A DNA stretch of 64,000 bases from Eledone cirrhosa (taxonomy: Eukaryota): assembly GCA_964016885.1 (NCBI GenBank), contig OZ024756.1:186001-250000 (forward strand), given 5' to 3'. Of this stretch, positions 1 to 11,000 are shown one piece after another. Positions within the stretch are counted from its first letter, which is position 1. Each line of letters starts with the position of its first letter. The position numbers and the translations under genes were made by a program. The notes beneath the pieces were generated by a model. It searched no databases. It saw only the letters and a list, made by a program, of their open reading frames with translations, and was not told where the DNA came from.

Positions 1-3000
1 TTGTTGGTGGTGGTAGTGTTGGTGTTACTGTTGTTGGTGGTGGTGGGAGTGTTGGTGTTACTGTTGTTGTTGGTGGTGGTAGTGTTGGTGTTACTGTTGT
101 TGGTGGCGGTGGTAGTGTTGGTGTTACTGTTGTTGTTGGTGGTGGTAGTGTTGGTGTTACTGTTGTTGTTGGTGGTGGTAGTGTTGGTGTTACTGTTGTT
201 GTTGGTGGTGGTAGTGTTGGTGTTACTGTTGTTGGTGGTGGTGGTAGTGTTGGTGTTACTGTTGTTGGTGGTGGTGGTAGTGTTGGTGTTACTGTTGTTG
301 TTGGTGGTGGGAGTGTTGGTGTTACTGTTATTGTTGGTGGTGGTAGTGTTGGTGTTACTGTTGTTGGTGGTGGTGGTAGTGTTGGTGTTACTGTTGTTGG
401 TGGTGGTGGGAGTGTTGGTGTTACTGTTATTGTTGGTGGTGGGAGTGTTGGTGTTACTGTTATTGTTGGTGGTGGTAGTGTTGGTGTTACTGTTATTGTT
501 GGTGGTGGTAGTGTTGGTGTTACTGTTGTTGGTGGTGGTGGTAGTGTTGGTGTTACTGTTTTTGTTGGTGGAGGTAGTGTTGGTGTTACTGTTGTTGGTG
601 GTGGTGGGAGTGTTGGTGTTACTGTTTTTGTTGGTGGAGGTAGTGTTGGTGTTACTGTTTTTGTTGGTGGAGGTAGTGTTGGTGTTACTGTTGTTGTTGG
701 TGGAGGTAGTGTTGGTGTTACTGTTGTCGTTGGTGGTGGTAGTGTTGGTGTTACTGTTTTTGTTGGTGGAGGTAGTGTTGGTGTTACTGTTGTTGGTGGT
801 GGTGGGAGTGTTGGTGTTACTGTTGTTGTTGGTGGAGGTAGTGTTGGTGTTACTGTTGTTGGTGGTGGTGGTAGTGTTGGTGTTACTGTTGTTGTTGGTG
901 GAGGTAGTGTTGGTGTTACTGTTGTTGGTGGTGGTGGTAGTGTTGGTGTTACTGTTTTTGTTGGTGGTGGTAGTGTTGGTGTTACTGTTGTTGGTGGTGG
1001 TGGTGGTAGTGTTGGTGTTACTGTTGTTGGTGGTGGTGGGAGTGTTGGTGTTACTGTTGTTGTTGGTGGAGGTAGTGTTGGTGTTACTGTTGTTGGTGGT
1101 GGTGGTAGTGTTGGTGTTACTGTTGTTGGTGGTGGTGGGAGTGTTGGTGTTACTGTTGTTGTTGGTGGAGGTAGTGTTGGTGTTACTGTTGTTGGTGGTG
1201 GTGGTAGTAGTGTTGGTGTTACTGTTGTTGGTGGTGGTGGGAGTGTTGGTGTTACTGTTGTTGTTGGTGGAGGTAGTGTTGGTGTTACTGTTGTTGGTGG
1301 TGGTGGTAGTGTTGGTGTTACTGTTGTTGGTGGTGGTGGTAGTGTTGGTGTTACTGTTGTTGTTGGTGGTGGTAGTGTTGGTGTTACTGTTGTTGTTGGT
1401 GGTGGTAGTGTTGGTGTTACTGTTTTTGTTGGTGGTGGTAGTGTTGGTGTTACTGTTGTTGTTGGTGGTGGTAGTGTTGGTGTTACTGTTGTTGGTGGTG
1501 GTGGTAGTGTTGGTGTTACTGTTGTTGTTGGTGGTGGTAGTGTTGGTGTTACTGTTGTTGTTGGTGGTGGTAGTGTTGGTGTTACTGTTGTTGTTGGTGG
1601 TGGGAGTGTTGGTGTTACTGTTGTTGTTGGTGGAGGTAGTGTTGGTGTTACTGTGTTGTTGGTGGAGGTAGTGTTGGTGTTACTGTTGTTGGTGGTGGTG
1701 GTAGTGTTGGTGTTACTGTTGTTGTTGGTGGTGGTAGTGTTGGTGTTACTGTTGTTGGTGGTGGTGGTAGTGTTGGTGTTACTGTTGTTGGTGGGAGTGT
1801 TGGTGTTACTGTTGTTGTTGGTGGAGGTAGTGTTGGTGTTACTGTTGTTGGTGGTGGTGGTAGTGTTGGTGTTACTGTTGTTGTTGGTGGAGGTAGTGTT
1901 GGTGTTACTGTTGTTGGTGGTGGTGGTAGTGTTGGTGTTACTGTTGTTGGTGGTGGTGGTAGTGTTGGTGTTACTGTTGTTGTTGGTGGTGGTAGTGTTG
2001 GTGGGAGTGTTGGTGTTACTGTTGTTGGTGGTGGTGGTAGTGTTGGTGTTACTGTTGTTGGTGGTGGTAGTGTTGGTGTTACTGTTGTTGGTGGTGGTGG
2101 GAGTGTTGGTGTTACTGTTGTTGGTGGTGGTGGTAGTGTTGGTGTTACTGTTGTTGGTGGTGGTAGTGTTGGTGTTACTGTTGTTGGTGGTGGTAGTGTT
2201 GGTGTTACTGTTGTTGGTGGTGGTAGTGTTGATGTTACTGTTGTTGTTGGTGGTGGTGGGAGTGTTGGTGTTACTGTTGTTGTTGGTGGTAGTGTTGGTG
2301 TTACTGTTTTTATTGGTGGAGGTAGTGTTGGTGTTACTGTTGTTGGTGGTGGTAGTGTTGGTGTTACTGTTGTTGTTGGTGGTGGTGGTAGTGTTTGTGT
2401 TACTGTTGTTGGTGGTGGTAGTGTTGGTGTTACTGTTGTTGGTGGTGGTGGGAGTGTTGGTGTTACTGTTGTTGGTGGTGGGAGTGTTGGTGTTACTGTT
2501 GTTGGTGGTGGTGGTGTTGGTGTTACTGTTTTTGTTGGTGGAGGTAGTGTTGGTGTTACTGTTGTTGTTGGTGGTGGTGGGAGTGTTGGTGTTACTGTTG
2601 TTGGTGGTGGTAGTGTTGGTGTTACTGTTTTTGTTGGTGGAGGTAGTGTTGGTGTTACTGTTGTTGTTGGTGGTGGTAGTGTTGGTGTTACTGTTGGTGG
2701 TGGTGGTGGTAGTGTTGGTGTTACTGTTGTTGTTGGTGGTGGTAGTGTTGATGTTACTGTTGTTGTTGGTGGTGGTGGGAGTGTTGGTGTTACTGTTGTT
2801 GGTGGTGGTAGTGTTGGTGTTACTGTTGTTGTTGGTGGTGGTGGTAGTGTTTGTGTTACTGTTGTTGGTGGTGGTAGTGTTGGTGTTACTGTTTTTGTTG
2901 GTGGAGGTAGTGTTGGTGTTACTGTTGTTGGTGGTGGTGGTAGTGTTGGTGTTACTGTTGTTGGTGGTGGTGGTAGTGTTGGTGTTATTGTTGTTGGTGG

Positions 3001-6000
3001 AGGTAGTGTTGGTGTTACTGTTGGTGGTGGTGGTGGTAGTGTTGGTGTTACTGTTGTTGTTGGTGATGGTAGTGTTGGTGTTACTGTTGTTGGTGGTGGT
3101 GGTAGTGTTGGTGTTATTGTTGTTGGTGGAGGTAGTGTTGGTGTTACTGTTGGTGGTGGTGGTGGTAGTGTTGGTGTTACTGTTGTTGGTGGTGGTGGTA
3201 GTGTTGGTGTTACTGTTGTTGTTGGTGGAGGTAGTGTTGGTGTTACTGTTTTTGTTGGTGGAGGTAGTGTTGGTGTTACTGTTGTTGTTGGTGGAGGTAG
3301 TGTTGGTGTTACTGTTGGTGGTGGTGGTGGTAGTGTTGGTGTTACTGTTGTTGGTGGTGGTAGTGTTGGTGTTACTGTTGTTGGTGGTGGTGGGAGTGTT
3401 GGTGTTACTGATGTTGGTGGTGGTGGTAGTGTTGGTGTTATTGTTGTTGTTGGTGGAGGTAGTGTTGGTGTTACTGTTGTTGGTGGTGGTGGTAGTGTTG
3501 GTGTTACTGTTGTTGGTGGTGGTGGTAGTGTTGGTGTTACTGTTGTTGGTGGTGGTGGTAGTGTTGGTGTTACTGTTGTTGGTGGTGGTGGTAGTGTTGG
3601 TGTTACTGTTGTTGTTGGTGGTGGTAGTGTTGGTGTTATTGTTGTTGTTGGTGGTGGTAGTGTTGGTGTTACTGTTGTTGTTGGTGGAGGTAGTGTTGGT
3701 GTTACTGTTGGTGGTGGTGGTGGTAGTGTTGGTGTTACTGTTGTTGTTGGTGGTGGTAGTGTTGGTGTTACTGTTGTTGTTGGTGGTGGTGGTAGTGTTG
3801 GTGTTATTGTTGTTGGTGGTGGAGGTAGTGTTGGTGTTACTGTTGTTGTTGGTGGTGGTAGTGTTGGTGTTACTGTTGTTGTTGGTGGTGGTAGTGTTGG
3901 TGTTACTGTTGTTGTTGGTGGTGGTAGTGTTGGTGTTACTGTTGTTGTTGGTGGTGGTGGTAGTGTTGGTGTTACTGTTGTTGTTGGTGGTGGTAGTGTT
4001 GGTGTTATTGTTGTTGGTGGTGGAGGTAGTGTTGGTGTTACTGTTGTTGTTGGTGGTGGTAGTGTTGGTGTTACTGTTGTTGTTGGTGGTGGTGGTAGTG
4101 TTGGTGTTACTGTTGTTGTTGCTGGTGGAGGTAGTGTTGGTGTTACTGTTGTTGTTGGTGGAGGTAGTGTTGGTGTTACTGTTGGTGGTGGTGGTGGTAG
4201 TGTTGGTGTTACTGTTGTTGTTGGTGGTGGTGGTAGTGTTGGTGTTACTGTTGTTGTTGTTGGTGGTGGTAGTGTTGGTGTTATTGTTGTTGGTGGTGGT
4301 GGTGGTAGTGTTGGTGTTATTGTTGTTGGTGGTGGAGGTAGTGTTGGTGTTACTGTTGTTGGTGGTGGTGGAGGTAGTGTTGGTGTTACTGTTGTTGTTG
4401 GTGGTGGTAGTGTTGGTGTTATTGTTGTTGTTGGTGGTGGTAGTGTTGGTGTTACTGTTGTTGTTGGTGGTGGTGGTAGTGTTGGTGTTACTGTTGTTGT
4501 TGTTGGTGGTGGTAGTGTTGGTGTTACTGTTGTTGTTGGTGGTGGTGGTAGTGTTGGTGTTACTGTTGTTGTTGTTGGTGGTAGTGTTGGTGTTACTGTT
4601 GTTGGTGGTGGAGGTAGTGTTGGTGTTACTGTTGTTGTTGGTGGAGGTAGTGTTGGTGTTACTGTTGTTGGTGGTGGTGGAGGTAGTGTTGGTGTTACTG
4701 TTGTTGTTGGTGGTGGTAGTGTTGGTGTTACTGTTGTTGTTGGTGGTGGTAGTGTTGGTGTTATTGTTGTTGGTGGTGGAGGTAGTGTTGGTGTTACTGT
4801 TGTTGGTGGTGGTGGAGGTAGTGTTGGTGTTACTGTTGTTGTTGGTGGTGGTAGTGTTGGTGTTACTGTTGTTGTTGGTGGTGGTAGTGTTGGTGTTACT
4901 GTTGTTGGTGGTGGAGGTAGTGTTGGTGTTACTGTTGTTGTTGGTGGAGGTAGTGTTGGTGTTACTGTTGTTGGTGGTGGTGGAGGTAGTGTTGGTGTTA
5001 CTGTTGTTGTTGGTGGTGGTAGTCTTGGTGTTACTGTTGTTGTTGGTGGTGGTAGTGTTGGTGTTATTGTTGTTGGTGGTGGAGGTAGTGTTGGTGTTAC
5101 TGTTGTTGGTGGTGGTGGAGGTAGTGTTGGTGTTACTGTTGTTGTTGGTGGTGGTAGTGTTGGTGTTACTGTTGTTGTTGGTGGTGGTAGTGTTGGTGTT
5201 ATTGTTGTTGGTGGTGGAGGTAGTGTTGGTGTTACTGTTGTTGTTGGTGGTGGTAGTGTTGGTGTTACTGTTGTTGTTGGTGGTGGTAGTGTTGGTGTTA
5301 TTGTTGTTGGTGGTGGAGGTAGTGTTGGTGTTACTGTTGTTGGTGGTGGTGGAGGTAGTGTTGGTGTTACTGTTGTTGTTGGTGGAGGTAGTGTTGGTGT
5401 TACTGTTGTTGGTGGTGGTGGAGGTAGTGTTGGTGTTACTGTTGTTGTTGGTGGTGGTAGTGTTGGTGTTACTGTTGTTGGTGGTGGTGGTAGTGTTGGT
5501 GTTACTGTTGTTGGTGGTGGTGGAGGTAGTGTTGGTGTTACTGTTGTTGTTGGTGGTGGTAGTGTTGGTGTTACTGTTGTTGGTGGTGGTGGTAGTGTTG
5601 GTGTTACTGTTGTTGGTGGTGGTGGAGGTAGTGTTGGTGTTACTGTTGTTGTTGGTGGTGGTAGTGTTGGTGTTATTGTTGTTGGTGGTGGAGGTAGTGT
5701 TGGTGTTACTGTTGTTGGTGGTGGTGGAGGTAGTGTTGGTGTTACTGTTGTTGTTGGTGGTGGTAGTGTTGGTGTTACTGTTGTTGTTGGTGGTGGTAGT
5801 GTTGGTGTTACTGTTGTTGTTGGTGGTGGTAGTGTTGGTGTTATTGTTGTTGGTGGTGGAGGTAGTGTTGGTGTTACTGTTGTTGGTGGTGGTGGAGGTA
5901 GTGTTGGTGTTACTGTTGTTGTTGGTGGTGGTAGTGTTGGTGTTACTGTTGTTGTTGGTGGTGGTAGTGTTGGTGTTACTGTTGTTGTTGGTGGTGGTAG

Positions 6001-9000
6001 TGTTGGTGTTACTGTTGTTGTTGGTGGAGGTAGTGTTGGTGTTACTGTTGTTGTTGCTGGTGGTAGTGTTGGTGTTACTGTTGTTGTTGGTGGTGGTAGT
6101 GTTGGTGGTGGTAGTGTTGGTGTTACTGTTGTTGTTGGTGGTGGTAGTGTTGGTGTTACTGTTGTTGTTGGTGGTGGTAGTGTTGGTGTTACTGTTGTTG
6201 TTGGTGGTGGTAGTGTTGGTGTTACTGTTGTTGTTGGTGGTGGTAGTGTTGGTGTTACTGTTGTTGTTGGTGGTGGTAGTGTTGGTGTTACTGTTGTTGT
6301 TGGTGGTGGTAGTGTTGGTGTTATTGTTGTTGGTGGTGGAGGTAGTGTTGGTGTTACTGTTGTTGGTGGTGGTGGAGGTAGTGTTGGTGTTACTGTTGTT
6401 GTTGGTGGTGGTAGTGTTGGTGTTACTGTTGTTGTTGGTGGTGGTAGTGTTGGTGTTATTGTTGTTGGTGGTGGAGGTAGTGTTGGTGTTACTGTTGTTG
6501 GTGGTGGTGGAGGTAGTGTTGGTGTTACTGTTGTTGTTGGTGGTGGTAGTGTTGGTGTTACTGTTGTTGTTGGTGGTGGTAGTGTTGGTGTTATTGTTGT
6601 TGGTGGTGGAGGTAGTGTTGGTGTTACTGTTGTTGGTGGTGGTGGAGGTAGTGTTGGTGTTACTGTTGTTGTTGGTGGTGGTAGTGTTGGTGTTACTGTT
6701 GTTGTTGGTGGTGGTAGTGTTGGTGTTACTGTTGTTGTTGGTGGTGGTAGTGTTGGTGTTACTGTTGTTGTTGGTGGTGGTAGTGTTGGTGTTATTGTTG
6801 TTGGTGGTGGTGGAGGTAGTGTTGGTGCTACTGTTGTTGTTGGTGGTGGTAGTGTTGGTGTTACTGTTGTTGTTGGTGGTGGTAGTGTTGGTGTTACTGT
6901 TGTTGTTGGTGGTGGTAGTGTTGGTGTTACTGTTGTTGTTGGTGGTGGTGGTAGTGTTGGTGTTACTGTTGTTGTTGGTGGTGGTAGTGTTGGTGTTATT
7001 GTTGTTGGTGGTGGAGGTAGTGTTGGTGTTACTGTTGTTGTTGGTGGTGGTAGTGTTGGTGTTATTGTTGTTGGTGGTGGAGGTAGTGTTGGTGTTACTG
7101 TTGTTGGTGGTGGTGTTACTGTTGTTGGTGGTGGTGTTACTGTTGTTGTTGGTGGTGGTGGTGGTGGTAGTGTAGGTGTTGCTGTTGTTGTTGGTGGTGT
7201 TACTGTTGTTGGTGGTGGTGTTACTGTTGTTGTTGTTGGTGGTGGTGGTGGTAGTGTTGGTGTTACTGTTGTTGTTGGTGGTGTTACTGTTGTTGGTGGT
7301 GGTGTTACTGTTGTTGGTGGTGGTGTTACTGTTGTTGTTGGTGGTGGTGGTGGTGGTAGTGTTGGTGTTACTGTTGTTGGTGGTGGTGGTGGTAGTGTTG
7401 GTGTTACTGTTGTTGTTGGTGGAGGTAGTGTTGGTGTTACTGTTGTTGGTGGTGGTGGTAGTGTTGGTGTTACTGTTGTTGTTGGTGGTGGTAGTGTTGG
7501 TGTTACTGTTGTTGGTGGTGGTGGTGGTGGTGGTAGTGTTGGTGTTACTGTTGTTGGTGGTGGTGGTGGTAGTGTTGGTGTTACTGTTGTTGTTGGTGGT
7601 GGTGGTAGTGTTGGTGTTACTGTTGTTGTTGGTAGTGGTAGTGTTGGTGTTACTGTTGTTGTTGGTGGTGGTAGTGTTGGTGTTACTGTTGTTGTTGGTG
7701 GTGGTAGTGTTGGTGTTACTGTTGTTGGTGGTGGTGGTAGTGTTGGTGTTACTGTTGTTGGTGGTGGTAGTGTTGGTGTTACTGTTGTTGGTGGTGGTGG
7801 TAGTGTTGGTGTTACTATTGTTGGTGGTGGTGGTGGTAGTGTTGGTGTTACTGTTGTTGTTGCTGGTGGTGGTAGTGTTGGTGTTACTGTTGTTGGTGGT
7901 GGTGGTGGTAGTGTTGGTGTTACTGTTGTTGGTGGTGGTGGTGGTAGTGTTGGTGTTACTGTTGTTGGTGGTGGTGGTGGTAGTGTTGGTGTTACTGTTG
8001 TTGGTGGTCGTGGAGGTAGTGTTGGTGTTACTGTTGTTGTTGTTGGTAGTGGTAGTGTTGGTGTTACTGTTGTTGGTGGTGGTGGTGGTAGTGTTGGTGT
8101 TACTGTTGTTGGTGGTCGTGGAGGTAGTGTTGGTGTTACTGTTGTTGTTGTTGGTAGTGGTAGTGTTGGTGTTACTGTTGTTGGTGGTGGTGGTGGTAGT
8201 GTTGGTGTTACTGTTGTTGGTGGTCGTGGAGGTAGTGTTGGTGTTACTGTTGTTGTTGTTGGTAGTGGTAGTGTTGGTGTTACTGTTGTTGGTGGTGGTG
8301 GTGGTAGTGTTGGTGTTACTGTTGTTGGTGGTGGTGGTGGTAGTGTTGGTGTTACTGTTGTTGTTGTTGGTAGTGGTAGTGTTGGTGTTACTGTTGTTGT
8401 TGGTGGTGGTGGTAGTGTTGGTGTTACTGTTGTTGGTGGTGGTGGTGGTAGTGTTGGTGTTACTGTTGTTGGTGGTGGTGGTGGTAGTGTTGGTGTTACT
8501 GTTGTTGGTGGTCGTGGAGGTAGTGTTGGTGTTACTGTTGTTGTTGTTGGTAGTGGTAGTGTTGGTGTTACTGTTGTTGGTGGTGGTGGTGGTAGTGTTG
8601 GTGTTACTGTTGTTGGTGGTGGTGGTGGTAGTGTTGGTGTTACTGTTGTTGTTGTTGGTAGTGGTAGTGTTGGTGTTACTGTTGTTGTTGGTGGTGGTGG
8701 TAGTGTTGGTGTTACTGTTGTTGGTGGTGGTGGTGGTAGTGTTGGTGTTACTGTTGTTGGTGGTGGTGGTGGTAGTGTTGGTGTTACTGTTGTTGGTGGT
8801 GGTGGTGGTGGTGTTGGTGTTACTGTTGTTGGTGGTCGTGGAGGTAGTGTTGGTGGTGGTAGTGGTAGTGTTGGTGTTACTGTTGTTGGTGGTGGTGGTA
8901 GTGTTGGTGTTACTGTTGTTGTTGGTTTTGGAGGTAGTGTTGGTGTTACTGTTGTTGGTGGTGGTGGTAGTGTTGGTGTTACTGTTGTTGGAGGTGGTGG

Positions 9001-11000
9001 TGGTAGTGTTGGTGTTACTGTTGTTGGTGGTGGTGGTAGTGTTGGTGTTACTGTTGTTGGTGGTGGTGGTGGGAGTGTTGGTGTTATTGTTGTTGTTGGT
9101 GGTGGTGGTAGTGTTGCTGTTACTGTTGTTGGTGGTGGTGTTGGTGGTAGTGTTGGTGTTACTGTTGTTGGTGGTGGTGTTGGTGGTACTGTTGTTGGTG
9201 GTGGTGTTGGTGTTACTGTTGGTGGTGGTGGTGTTGGTGTTACTGTTGTTGGTGGTGGTGGGAGTGTTGGTGTTACTGTTGTTGGTGGTGGTGTTGGTGT
9301 TACTGTTGGTGGTGGTGGTGTTGGTGTTACTGTTGTTGGTGGTGGTGGGAGTGTTGGTGTTACTGTTGTTGGTGGTGGTGTTGGTGTTACTGTTGGTGGT
9401 GGTGGTGTTGGTGTTACTGTTGTTGGTGGTGGTGGGAGTGTTGGTGTTACTGTTGTTGGTGGTGGTGGTGGTGGTAGTGTTGGTGTTACTGTTGTTGTTG
9501 GTGGTGGTGGTAGTGTTGCTGTTACTGTTGTTGGTGGTGGTGTTGGTGGTAGTGTTGGTGTTACTGTTGTTGGTGGTGGTGTTGGTGGTACTGTTGTTGG
9601 TGGTAGTGTTGGTGGTAGTGTTGGTGTTACTGTTGTTGGTGGTGGTGTTGGTGTTACTGTTGGTGGTGGTGGTGTTGGTGTTACTGTTGTTGGTGGTGGT
9701 GGGAGTGTTGGTGTTACTGTTGTTGGTGGTGGTGGTGGTGGTAGTGTTGGTGTTACTGTTGTTGTTGGTGGTGGTGGTAGTGTTGCTGTTACTGTTGTTG
9801 GTGGTGGTGTTGGTGGTAGTGTTGGTGTTACTGTTGTTGGTGGTGGTGTTGGTGGTACTGTTGTTGGTGGTAGTGTTGGTGGTAGTGTTGGTGTTACTGT
9901 TGTTGGTGGTGGTGGTAGTGTTGGTGTTACTGTTGTTGGTGGTGGTGGTGGGAGTGTTGGTGTTATTGTTGTTGGTGGTGGTGGTGGTAGTGTTGGTGTT
10001 ACTGTTGTTGGTGGTGGTGTTGGTGTTACTGTTGGTGGTGGTGGTGTTGGTGTTACTGTTGTTGGTGGTGGTGGGAGTGTTGGTGTTACTGTTGTTGGTG
10101 GTGGTGGTGGTGGTAGTGTTGGTGTTACTGTTGTTGTTGGTGGTGGTGGTAGTGTTGCTGTTACTGTTGTTGGTGGTGGTGTTGGTGGTAGTGTTGGTGT
10201 TACTGTTGTTGGTGGTGGTGTTGGTGGTACTGTTGTTGGTGGTGGTGTTGGTGGTAGTGTTGGTGTTACTGTTGTTGGTGGTGGTGTTGGTGGTAGTGTT
10301 GGTGTTACTGTTGTTGGTGGTAGTGTTGGTGTTACTGTTGTTGGTGGTGGTGGTAGTGTTGGTGTTACTGTTGTTGTTGGTGGTGGTGGTAGTGTTGGTG
10401 TTACTGTTGTTGTTGGTGGTAGTGTTGGTGTTACTGTTGTTGGTGGTGGTGGTAGTGTTGGTGTTACTGTTGTTGGTGGTGGTGGTAGTGTTGGTGTTAC
10501 TGTTGTTGGTGGTGGTGTTGGTGGTACTGTTGTTGGTGGTGGTGTTGGTGGTAGTGTTGGTGTTGGTGGTGGTGTTGGTGGTAGTGTTGGTGTTACTGTT
10601 GTTGGTGGTGGTGGTAGTGTTACTGTTGTTGGTGGTGGTGGTGGTAGTGTTGGTGTTACTGTTGTTGTTGGTGGTAGTGTTGGTGTTACTGTTGTTGGTG
10701 GTGGTGGTAGTGTTGGTGTTACTGTTGTTGGTGGTGGTGGTAGTGTTGGTGTTACTGTTGTTGGTAGGAGTGTTGGTGTTACTGTTGTTGTTGGTGGTGG
10801 TGGTGGTAGTGTTGGTGTTACTGTTGTTAGTGGTGGTGTTGGTGGTAGTGTTGGTGTTGTTGGTGGTGGTGATAGTGTTGGTAGTGTTGGTGGTAGTATT
10901 GGTAGTTGTGTTGCTGTTACTGTTGTTGGTGGTTGCGGGGGTGTTGTTGTTACTGTTGTTGTTGTTATTATTACTACTGTTACTGTTGCTGCTGTTGTTA
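1..11000. repeat. Degenerate ~27-39 bp minisatellite built from GTT/GGT triplets (unit approx. GTAGTGTTGGTGTTACT(GTT)2-4(GGT)2-5); runs off the window start
   Basis: Seen directly. The anchor AGTGTTGGTGTTACTG recurs throughout with variable triplet counts and higher-order blocks of variant units (GGA, CGT, ATT variants). Confidence 0.97.
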